Shown piece after piece: positions 1 through 12,000 of a stretch of 64,000 bases of DNA. The stretch is from Alphaproteobacteria bacterium. GTDB lineage: Bacteria; Pseudomonadota; Alphaproteobacteria; JAPOUT01; G958296285. The stretch is from NCBI GenBank assembly GCA_965209065.1, contig OZ242373.1:467533-531532 (forward strand). The letters run 5' to 3'. Both the position numbers and the translations under genes were made by a program. The first letter of the stretch is position 1; each line of letters opens with the position of its first letter. Under the pieces are notes generated by a model, which saw only the letters and a program-made list of their open reading frames with translations, was not told the origin of the DNA and made no database searches.

Positions 1-3000
1 TTGTCTGACGGTGTTGATGATTATATTATCCCCTTTGATGAGCACATTACCAGTGACCGCTTCTCCATTGACGATGTTCGGCAAGCTAATGGCAAGCGCA
101 CCCTTGATAGAGAAGGCGGAGTTATCGTTCATCGTGATATTTGTTTCACCCCTAAAGGCAATGGTTCTATCAAGAGGCATGACTTCGCCACCGATGGTTT
201 GCCCAAGTATGTTGAAATCATTGCCCTCTCCCATAGTCAAGGTGCCTGAGATAAAGAAGGGGAAGAGACCACCATCAACAGACGGCAAGCCTTCTTCAGG
301 CAACTCAAACTCTAAGATGGAAAGAGGATTGCCGCCCGGCGGGACGATTAAGCCCTTTTCTAACACTAAGCGATTGGTAGCCGCAGGGTCGCCCAAGCGG
401 GCGAGCGTTAGCAGCAGGGCTTCTCTGCCTTGCGAAGTAAGCTCGGTAATGCTGTTTTCAACCAGCGAGGTTACTAGAAATTGCTTTCTTGTTTCTATGT
501 CTAGTTTTTGCGCGCCCAGCTTGGCTAATTCCGCCGCTTGGTCGCTTGTTAGGGCGGGGTTGCTTGAGTCAGCAATGTGGGCGGTAGCTATCGCTCTGAG
601 ATCATCTATTTTGCTATTGGTTGCGTCTGGCACAATTAAATCTAGCCTAGTAAGAATTTCGGTAGCAGAAAGCGGATAAATGTTTAGATCACCCCTAAAA
701 GGGCTGGCGGGGTCTATGCTAAGTGGCGTCAAGTCAGCATCAAAAGAAACACCATCAAAGCTATAGATATCGAAGTCACTCGCGAAGCCATCCTCCACCA
801 CCCCAGCTGCTTCAATGTGAACGCCTAAGGCGACGATGGAAGCGGCACTAGTAATAATGAACGTGCTGGTTGTTATTAGAGTAAAATAGCCCTGCACGAT
901 TATTTCGGCGTTACCTAAATTTGTATTCCCGCTTGTCGTAATAACCACCGAGCGTAAAAAAGTGATTTTACCACCAAGCACAGGAGTAGCGCCCTCGGCA
1001 GTTGTTATGGATGGCGTATCTATTACTGTTTTACTTCCTCCTATGAAAAAACCTCCAATAATACCTTCAGTTGCCCTTACAAATGCATCGCCATCATTTT
1101 CAGCACCCTGATCTGCATTTGCACTCACACGCCCTCTTGCGTCAAATATCCTTGCCGTTATAGTGATATTTTTAGCACTAAATAAACTGCTTGTTAAAGT
1201 GAAAGTATCATTTACATTGATAGTTATACTTTCGCTAAAGAGATGCGCAACACCAGCTCCGCCTATAGTCCTGCCCGTTTCGGTAATGCCGAGGGCTTCT
1301 AATGTGAGCGAAAAGGCTTTGATGACCCTGACACTTGACGGGAAAATGATAAAACCATCTGTGGCAAGGTCGCTGGGATTTGCAAGCTCGGAAGCGGTGG
1401 TGCGGAATGTTATGTCGTAGGCTCCAAAATCTAAAACGCCATCGTCATCAATGCTAAATTTCATAAACATATCATTATTGGCTAATAGGTCGGCAATATC
1501 TATATTGGCTTCCGTTACATCAATCACTAGGGCGGGGACCTCAAACCAATCGTAAGCCTCTTGCGGTTGTATGCCCAAATTGGTGATGGTTGGCTTGCCA
1601 CCACTCGGAATGACGAAGGTCGCATCAACACTTGAGGCAAACGACACATTCATTTGCGATAGGGCAATGGCACTCGCCGTTAGCACCACAGGCACGCGCG
1701 CAGCATCTGGCGTTGCGCCGTCCGTGCCGAAACGAATAACACCGATAGCACCGCTATTGCCAGCATTCACCGAAAGCACACCATCGCCGATGTCGATAAA
1801 GCCTTCAAGCGATATATCGCCCAGCGCGGTTAGCGTGAGGTTTTGGTCGCTCGGCGTTGCCTGCGCCACTGCCGAGCGTAGCGAAATACGACTTGCCGTT
1901 ATAATCGTTTCGCCAACGTTTCTAAATATCAGCGCGCCTTTCTCTGCGATAAGGGTAAGCGCGAAATAACGCTCTCCATTGGGGCTATCGCGCAGAACCA
2001 TTGGAATGCCAGAATTAATGTCCGCCTCTGTGGCGATGACGGTTAGGTCGCCAACCGCGTTATTGACAAACTTCGCCCAGTTAGGAATGCCGAAAGTCTC
2101 CGTGCCGAGATAGGTCAGCGAAAGGTCGCTGCCATAAGCAACAGAATTACCTTCCGCCTCAAATTCCATCGCCGTGAGCGAAAGCGCCGTCCTGCCTTGT
2201 GTAATATCAAAACTGGTCGGAATAATAATTTTGCCCGCCCTATAAACGACCGAGATTTCGTCAAGCGCAGCAACCACCCACGCAGGAATGGTGAAGTCCC
2301 CGCTGCCGGTATAAATAACCCTAAGCGAACGAGGTCTAACGGGGTTGGCGAGGCTCACGTCAAACTTCGCCGCCGATAGCGTGAAGAAATTGTCTAGCTC
2401 CAGCCCTACCGTGAGAAAGCCCGATATAGTGATTTGGTCGCTCGCCTCTAACCGAACAGCCGCCTCACTGCCCGAAGGGGACGCGCCCGCAGAGGTCAGC
2501 ACGAGGTTTGCGCCTTTTAGCGTTGTCGCCATATTGCGCGCAAACGCAATGCCCGCATGAACGCCAGAGGGCAGGGCATTCACATTAGGGGCAGCCGTTA
2601 AGGTGAAAGTGCCAGAGCCAATATCGAACGTGCCGCCGAGCAAAATATCACGCGCCGCAAGCAGCGTTAGGTTTTGGTTGCTCGATCTGGGCGTGTCGCT
2701 GGTTGAAAAGAGAATGATGGTTGAAGCCTCAAGCGTGGTCGCGCCACTGCTGGCGAAAAGCAGCTCGCCTTCCACCGCCACTAGTGCCAGGCGGTTGTCG
2801 CCTAAGTTTAGCGAAGTCGGCACGTTAATATCGGCTTTGGTTGCGGTGATGGTTAAATCGGCATCGCTGGTGCGCATCCAGCTGGGAATATCAAACGCAT
2901 TCGCGCCGACATAAATCGCGTTGAGCCAAGCCCACGTCCGCGCTTCACTGCCGGAAACACTGAAACTTAATCCGCGCAAGGTCAAAAAGCCATTGCCGAT

Positions 3001-6000
3001 GTCAAACCCGTTAGGAACAGAAATGCCGCCGTTAAGGTTCGTTATGATTAAATCCCTGTTCTCCAAAATCGCCCACGCGGGAATGGCGTAAGCACCATTT
3101 CCAGTATAAATAAGCTCAAGAGCTTCCACGCGTTCAATCGTGGGGGCGTTGGTGAGCGTGAAGCTTCCCGCTCTAAGCGAAGTGGTGGCGGCGGTTGCCA
3201 CGTTGAAAAGACTCTCATCCTTATCGCCGATGGTGAGCGTGAGTGCGCCACTGCCAATATCAAAAGCGCCGTTAAGCGTCAGCACACCCGCCGTAATAAG
3301 CGTGAGGGCTTGGTTGCTCTGCGTTGGCGTTTCGGTGGTGGAAGTCGCGGTTAGCGTGAGGTTGTTCGCGCGAATAGAGGTCGGCAGGTCAGCCGAGAAG
3401 TTAATCACATCGGAATTGATGCTGAAGTCGCCCGCGCCAGTGTTGAAAACACCACCGATATTAACCTCAAAGGCATCGATGATTTCAAAGTCTTGGTCGC
3501 TCGCCGCCGCGCTTCTGCCGTTAGAAATGAGCGTGACAACGCCGCCGAGTATGTGCGTTGGCTCCTCCTCATCAAAAGTGATAGAGCTACCCGCACCCGC
3601 AATAACCGTGAAGGCTTGGCGACCAGTGGAGAAAAAGCCGCCCAGCTTTACCCTGCCGCCCGCTATAACCGATAGCGGCGAACCTAAAGCTGTGGTCGAG
3701 AGGTCATAGCCTACGGGTATAATTTTTTCAACCGTTGTTATCGTTCCGAGGCCGGTGCCGCCATCCTCAAGGGGGGGGTCATAACTGGGGATGTCAGAAA
3801 AGAGCGCAATCTCATTTCCATCGGAAATAAGCTCAACGTTTCTAGCGCGAATTGTGCCAACGTCAGCCGAGAAATGTAAGCCGCCCTCTGCCGCCTTCAA
3901 GGTTAGATTGCCGTTGCCCAAATCTATAGCCGATATAACGTGAAGTGCCGACTTGGTTGCCGTGATAGATAAATTTTTACCAAAGCTGCCACGCAAAAAG
4001 GGAATAGGGGCATAGCTAGTGAAAGAGCGCTCTTCGCCTTTGGTGGTAGTGTAATCAAAAGTAGTTACTGGTTGAGTGGTGTCGCTATTGGAGAAGTCTT
4101 CGAGGCGGGTATTAAAAGAAACTGCATCTTCCACAAGCAAGAGGTCTTGCTCTCCATGATAGATGAAGGTAAAGTTTTGCCCATAGCGAGGGAAGAATAT
4201 GGCATCTTCAGCAATCTCGATGGTCTCTCTAACTTCAATGGTGAGATTGCCAGTAATGTTAATGTTTCTTAAATCAAGCTCATCTGCACGAATGGTGAAA
4301 TGAGCAGCTCTTACGGATGTCATCCAATTCCTAGGGTTAGGGGTGTCGGCTCTGGGTGAGCCGATGAAATCTATTTCTATTGACCCCCAGTTATACGTGC
4401 CAGTGTCTTCTGCCTGAAATTCGGAGGCGTTGAGGTATAGACTGCCCGAGCCAATGTTTAGGGTGTTAGGAACGACAATTTCGCCATCATCACCTTCATG
4501 GATAACCGATAAATCTGCATTCTCGCGTATCGCCCACGCAGGAATGGCGAACTCGTCTTTACCGCCGGTATAAATAATCTCGATAGCACCAAAAACAAGC
4601 GGGCTTGCATCTTCACCGCTCGAGGGGCCGAGAAGATGGAACCCTCCTCCACCCTTAATCGATAAGGTGCCATCACCAATATCAAAACCATCAGGAATCC
4701 GAATAATGCGAGAAAGCGGCGGCGCTCCTTGTGGGGAGACAACCGATAAATTGATGCCATCAATCATCGCCCATGCGGGAAGGTCGAAAACTTGGCTATT
4801 AGCGGTAACTTCACGTATAGCAATGAGGGAAACCGGGCTATTAGCAGTAATTATCGCGCCCTCTTGGAAAGTAAGATAATTACCCATAGCTTGTAGGTGT
4901 AGATTAAAGGAATCTCCGCCAAAAATAACGTTAGGAGCGTTGAAAGCGATAAGACCAAGACCATTTCCGCGCAGCTCTAATTGGGCGTTCAAATAAAACT
5001 GCGTGCGCGCTATGCTATAGGTGCCGCTTATGGTTATGGTTTCGGTGGCAGTGAGAGTTACGGTGGAAATAATTACACTTATTGGCGTATCGCCAGCAGA
5101 GGTGAGCGTGATATTCTTAGCAGTTAGTGAAGCACCACTTTCTATAAACGCGATAACACCTTGTTGAGCGTTCACGGTAAGCTCACCTGTTCCAAGGCTG
5201 ATAGAGTTTAGAGTGATATTGCCTTGCGTGGCGGTGATAGATAAATCTTTATTTTCACCGCCTCTTGCCATCCAGCCCAGCAAGCCGAAGCTATCTGTTC
5301 CTTTATAGGTGAGGTTTAGCGCGCCGCGGTTGATGATAGCGTCTGCACCCGAAAAGCGCGCCGCCAATAGATTTAGAGTGCCAGTGCCAATATCAAAAGT
5401 GCCTTCAAGGGTTAGGTCGCCCGAAGCATCAAGCGCGAGGGCTCGACCGCTTGGCGCGGGCGTGCCACCTGACGCAAGCAGGTAAATATCATTGCCCTTG
5501 AGCGAGGTCGCCATTGCGGTTGAGAAGTTTATCGGTGCGCCATCGCCCGTGCGCGTTAGGTTTCCTTGCGCGTCAAGGACATGCACTAGCCCCGACTCAA
5601 TGGTGATGTTGCCGCTTCCCGTATCAAAAGAACCGCCGAGCGTTACCGCTCCTGATGCCACGATGCTAAAGACCTTATCGCTTGGCGTGGGGACACCGCC
5701 TCTAGACATTAGGCTGATGTTATTGCCTCTTAGCGATAAGCCGTTTGAAATGGCGGCAATGTTGAAAGGGCTACTTGCGCCCGAAGTGGCAGTGATGTTG
5801 CCGCCCGTTCTTGTGAAGTTGCCGCCCAGCATTAGCGTGCCTGATGCTGTTATCGTTAGGTTTTGCGCGTTTTCTGTCGGGTCTATGCGGGTAGAAATGA
5901 GCGTGATGTTTCTCGCGCTAATGCTTGTTGCGCTGGTGGAAGAGAATTTAAGCGATGCAACTTTAGCAATGAGAATTAAATCTTTATTGCCGAGGTCGAA

Positions 6001-9000
6001 AGAGGTTGGCACCATTATATTGGCGTTGTAGGCCGTGACAGAAACAAGCTCGTTTTGCATCATCCAGCTAGGAATCACAAAGTCATCGCTCTCTAAGCCG
6101 CCAGTGTAGAGAATATGAACCTTATTCGAAGTAACAGCAGGCGCAGAGGCATAAGCATCCTCATTGTTGCTGTAGAGGCTTAGCTCTCCGCTACCGATGG
6201 AAAGCGTGCCGCTGAACGCATACAGACCCGTAGCAATAAGCGCGAGGTCTTGGTTGCTCGCGCGCGCACTGCCAGTGGAGGTGAGCGTAATATCGTTCGC
6301 CGCAAGTATGGTTCTTCTTTCAGTTGAGAAGTTTATCGGCGCACCCGTGATAGACAAATCACCCGTGCCAGCATTGAAAATGCCGCCCAGCAACACACCA
6401 CCCGAAGCCGTGAGCGTGAGGTCTTGGTTGCTTGGGGCAGGAGAAACGCCGCTCAACGAAAGGAGCGTCAGCTTGCCCGTAACATCAATGGAGGTCGGCA
6501 GGCTCTTGGAGAACTTGAAGGTGCCGTATTGACCAGCAGTAATAGAGAGGTCATTAGCGTTGGCAAAAGTGCCGCGCAGGGTTACATTGCCCGAAGCCGT
6601 GATAGATGTGTTTTGATTGCCGCGCCGCGTGCCACTTCTAGAGATGAGAAGGATGTTGTTTCCTGTAATGGAAGTCCTAGAGCTGCCGCCATCAAAGAGA
6701 AGCTGACCATCTGTGCCAGATGGCTCAAGCCGAACGAGAAGCAAGTTCAACTTAGAAAGAGAGAAGGAGGTAGTGAGTCTTGTGCCAGCCGCAATGACAA
6801 TATCACTGCCAATCGGAGAAGCAGAAGAGCGGAAGGAGGTGCTGAAATTGCCGCTCATCTCTATATCATTTCTCGCAATAATGTGAAGCGCGCGGTGGCT
6901 TGGTGCGGGTGCCGGACCTCTAGAGTGAAGATAAATGTTGTTGCCGATAAGATAATGCGTGGTCGTGCCGACAAAGTTGATGGGCGAACCCGTGCCAGAC
7001 ATAACGCTGATATCACCCGTGCCAGTATTTATGAGACCGGCGAGAGCCACACCACCGCGCGCGTTAATCGTCAGCGCATGGTTGTTGCTTGTGGAATCGG
7101 CGAAGCGTAAGGTGATGTTCTGCCCGCTTACGCTCAGCGCGGCAGAGCGGATAACATTATTGCCTTCGCGAATATGAAAACTGCCTCTGCCGAAATCAAA
7201 TTTTCCGCCAAGCGTAATCGTGCCGTTACTCGCAGGAATGAGCTTGACGCTTTGGTGGTTCGGACTCGATTTAGCCGAGAAAAGCGTTATGTTTGCCGCC
7301 TCAATGGTTGTCGTTTCGGTTGTGCTGAACATCAGCGCACCACGCCGCACCTCTATCGTTAATTTGCCCGTGCCAAGATTGACAGAGGCAGGAACAACCA
7401 GCTTAGCACTCGCATTACGCGCACCAATATAGAGGTCCTTGTCTTCCATTATCATACTTTGGGGAATAGTGAAACTGCCCGCGCCCGAATAAATAAAGCC
7501 GATGCCGCCCCTATCCACACTCGGAACAATGCCATCATATTCGGCGGCATCAGGAGGCGTTGTCCCGCCTAGAATAAGCAGCCCGTTGCCAATCTTCAAA
7601 TTAGCGTTTACGCTAATTTCGCCTGCCGCAATAAACGTTAAATTTATATCTCTAGCAAATTGAGTCTCTATTCCAGTCGCGATGCCTATATCATTCGCTA
7701 TGATGGTTGTGTTAATGCCGCTTTCAGAAAAACGCAAATCTTCTTCTATGGTGGCAGTAAAATCACCGCTACCTAAATCAAACGTGCCAGCTAAAGTGAA
7801 GCCGCTGTTAGTAGAAGTCGTTGTAATGGTGAAGTCTTGATTGCTCGGTATAGATATGCCGCCGCTAGAAGTAAGTTCCCCATCATTGGTTGTAATGTTT
7901 GTTGCGCGCGCGGTAGAAAGGTTTATGGGGAAGCGAGAACCCGAGCTAGCCTTGAAGTTGCCGTCTCCCGTATTAAAGTTTCCGCCAAGCGTTATGATGC
8001 CAGTCGCTCTTATGGTGGCGTCCTTGTCTCCTGTGGTGGGTGATGCCTTCGTGCCAGAGTTTAAGGCGATGTGGTTTCCTGTTAGCTTGATGTCGCGACC
8101 GGTTGTGAATTCAATGGCGGCGGCAGCCCCCGAAGTGATAGAGATATTGCCGCTTCCTGTTGCTAGAGGTGTGCCGAGGGCTATCGCGCCGCTTGCCGTT
8201 ATTGTAAAGTCTTGGTTGCTGGCGGTAGGGGTGCCGAAGTGGCTTATAAGCGTGATGTTCGCGCCATTAAGCGAGGTTGCCGTCTTGTCTGATAAAGTCA
8301 CTGTCGCAGTTGAGTTAGTGTTAGAGGTGGTTATGCTAATATGTCTGCTTCCTGTATCAAATTTTCCGCCAAGGCGCACACTGCTTTGGAAAGTAACGGT
8401 GAGGTCTTTATTGCTGGCGGTTGGTGTGCCAACGGAAATGAGGGTTAGGCGGTTTGCGGTAATCATTGTTTCGCTAGCTGTGGAGAAGTTAAGCGCGCGG
8501 GTTTGTGCTTCTAGTGTCAAATCTGCGACTGTTCCAATGGTTATTTCAATAGGCACATTGATGTTTGCTTTTGTCGCCACAACCGATAGGCTCTTGCCCG
8601 ATTCAATCGCCCAATCGGGAATGGATAAATCTGCGTTGCCGGTATAGATAATGCCTGTGCTGCCGCGCACGAAAAGGTCAAACGTGGCTTGAGGGAGAAC
8701 ATTTGAGTTTTCTATCGTCAAGCGACCTGTGCCGATAGTAAAAGAGCCCGTTATGGTAAGTGTGCCTGATGCCTTGAGCGTGAGGTCTCGGTTGCTGGCG
8801 TCGCCGGTCTTGATAGCAGAATTAAGAGTTAAATTGGCGGCGGTTATTGTGGAGTTTGTCTTTACAGATGTTGGTTGCCCCGTGAAGCTTATAGCTCCGT
8901 CTGTTGCTGCGGTAATGCTTAGGTTTTGGAGTTCCCCAGTGGATGACCCACTAGTGGGCGACCCACTAGTGGGGGATTGCGCTTTTATATTTCCATGCAA

Positions 9001-12000
9001 AAATATATTGCCACCATTGATAGTTGTCTCTTTAGTAAAAATTACCTCGTTAGAGTGAATAATTATACTCGACTTGTCATCTCCCTCACCAGCAAGCTGA
9101 ATATGGGACGAGCTAATAGTGATGATGCCCTCAAAAGCTTGAAATATGAAATAAGAACGGCTGGCAAGATGAATACCTGCTTCATCGCCAGAGCCGGTAG
9201 ATCTTGCGGTTAGGTTCATAGTTTTAATGGGGACGGAACTAAGGCTTTCGATATCGGTGGTGCTCAGAACCAAAATGCGATAGGCATCTATCGTAAGTGT
9301 GTTAGTTATCGGCTGGGCGACTTCAAGCACAACATTGGTGTTATTGGTGGTGGTAAGGGTAAGTTCTTGCCGATTGCTATTTCCCATCCAGCTTTTGAGG
9401 GCTAGATAGTTGTCCGCGCCCGCCGCCGCCGTGTAAGTGAGGGTGAGGTTGCGCGTGTCAATACTTGTAGGCGCTGGAGCTTGCTCGCCCGTGCCAGCAA
9501 AAGAAAGGGATACATCGCCACCTGAGAAAAAATAACGACCTGTCATATTAAGCACGCCCGATGCCGTAATGGTGAGATTTTGATTGCTATCACGTCTGGT
9601 AATAGATGGGCTTGCGAGGCTTATATTTCCTGCGGTAAGGGTTATTGGGTTACTTGTTGAAAAAATAAGACTCTTATCAGCCATAATAGTTAAATTACCC
9701 GTGCCAAGGTCTATAGTATGAGGCACGAAAACGTTTCTCAGTTGAGACTGAACGAGTAAATTTTTACCCTTCACAATTCCCCATGAAGGAACACCAATAT
9801 CGTTAGCCGGCTCGAGGCCCCTAGAGATAAAGCCGAAACCGCCTTTGGTGAATTTGTCAAAAAGGGCTTCATCAAAATATCTTCCTTGATAGGACTCCAT
9901 AATCAAGCTGCCGGTGCCAAGATTAAAAGCACCCTCTATGTTGAAAGCATCACTTTCAGCTTCTGGTTTGAGCGTGAGGTTGTTGTTGCTTGGCGTGGCA
10001 GTGCCAGTTGAAGTGAGGTTTATCCTCCTAGCCGCAAGGGTTATATCTTTATCGGTCGCAAAATTAATTGCGCCGACTTCCGCCGTTAAGTGTATGTCTG
10101 CAGAATTACCAACGTTTATAGAGTTGGCAACAAGGATATTTCCTGTGGCGGCGGTCACTCTTAAAGTTTTGCCGCTCACAACCGCCCATGCGGGAATCGT
10201 GAAATTACCCGTGCCAGTATAAAGCAGCAATGTTCTAGAACTGGAAATAGAGGGGGGCGCGGTGGCAAACACATCAGCACTAGAGCCAGATAAAATGAAA
10301 GACGATTCCGACCCAAGATCTATGCCACCTGCCTCCGTTATGGCAATCGTGCCGGTGGGGGCAAGCACCAAGTCTATAAAGTTGTTGCTTCCTTTTGTTG
10401 TGGAGGTGAATGTCAAATCTTTACCTGCAATGGAAACATCTGATGAGGAGTCTACGATGAATTTGAATTCTATTGTGCCGGCTGTGAAAGAGAAGTCGCC
10501 GCTTCCGCTATTAAAGTTTCCTTTGAGGTTCAGCTTGTCGCCCGACATTATTGTGACATCTTGGTTGCTTGCGGTCGGCGTGCCGATGGAGGTGAGGGTT
10601 ACACCTCCAGCGTTAAGGGTGACCGCCGCATCAGTGGCGAAATTAATCGCGCCGACTTGCGCCTCTATGGTGAGCGCAACCGAACCGATGGATAAAGACG
10701 GAACAATAATATCGCCTTTAGTGGCAGTTACCGATAAAGCTATCTCATCTACCGCCGCCCATGCAGGAATGGTTAAACTTCCGCTTCCTGTGAAAATAAG
10801 AGAAAGTTCGCCTTGAAATGTTATGGCAGGGGCAGCAGCAGACTCAAAGAGCTTGGTAGCAGAGCTTTCTAGCGTTAGACCGCCTGTTCCTATGGCAATA
10901 GTGTTGCTCAAGGTTAAAGAGCCAGCAGTGGTAAGGTGTAGATTTTTGTTGCTTGCGGTGGCGGTGCCGCTCGTGTTGAGCGTGATGTTTCCCGCAGCGA
11001 GCGAGTTATGACTTTCGCTTGAAAATTGTATCGGCGCGCCAGTGATAGACAAATCGCCATCGCCGAAATTGTAATGACCGCCTAAGAAAACCTCTCCCGT
11101 TGCGGTAATCGTGAGGTTCTGGTCGCCTAGTCCAAAATACAGCTCGCGCGTGGAAACGAGCTTTATCGAAGCCGCCGTGATGGTTGTTAGGGGTTTTATT
11201 GCCGCCCTCTGTTCTGCCGTGAGGGGTGGGTCGGGTTTTACCAAGAAGAAATGAATTGAACCAACTTGCGCCTCTAAGGTTAAATCCCCCGTGCCAAGCT
11301 CAATAGAGTTAAACACGTTAATATCGCTCAGGGTCGCGGTGATGGATAAATCCTTGTCGGCGTTTATCATCCACAGCTGAACGTTAAAGTTACTCGAACT
11401 CGTAGTCATCACCGTAGTTGCACCAGTATGCATAAAGGTGATGGGCTTCACATAGGATATTTTGCCTGAAAGGGTTAAAGATAAATCCCCAGTGCCGATG
11501 TTGAAATTGCCGCCGAGCGCAAAGTTGCCGGTCGTAATCGTTAGGGCTTGGTTGGTTGTGGTTGGCGTTTCGCTTCCAGAGATAAGCCTTACATTAGCTG
11601 CGGTAATTGCGGTTGCTGCGTCTGTGGCGAAAAGTAGTGCGCCAGCTTTTGCCTCTAGGCTCAAGTTGCCAGTGCCAATATCTATAGTGGGCGTGGCGGT
11701 TAAATCTATATCCGCCGTTGCCGCTATGACGGATAAACTTTCACCATCGGCAAAACTGGCACTCGTAAAGGCGAGGGGGGTATCGCCAGTATAGACAAAA
11801 GCGGAATCCCTTGAGGTAACAGAAGAAAAGAGAGCCGTATAAGCAGCAGCAGTAGCAGGGAATGTTGGGCTTTCTGCTCTAAAGGTGCCTCTGCCAATAT
11901 CAATAGAACCGGTTATGGTAATTGCGCCCGTTGCTTTTAACGTGAGGTCTCGTCCGCTTGGGGTAGATGTGTTAGGGCCTTCGAAGGTGATAGCAGGAGC

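Noticed and set aside
451-462. V-E-N-S in the helical insert (TSLVENSITEL), resembling the VENN pre-toxin motif of CdiA proteins
   Set aside because: It is not VENN, it is not preceded by the conserved PT-domain context I would expect, and more than 150 further residues of non-toxin-like sequence follow in the window. I treat it as coincidence unless profile searches say otherwise.
688-696. An RGD tripeptide (PFRGDLNIY) in the giant protein, reminiscent of the integrin-binding RGD of Bordetella FHA
   Set aside because: About one RGD is expected by chance in a protein of this size and composition (>4600 residues), so it is not evidence of integrin binding.
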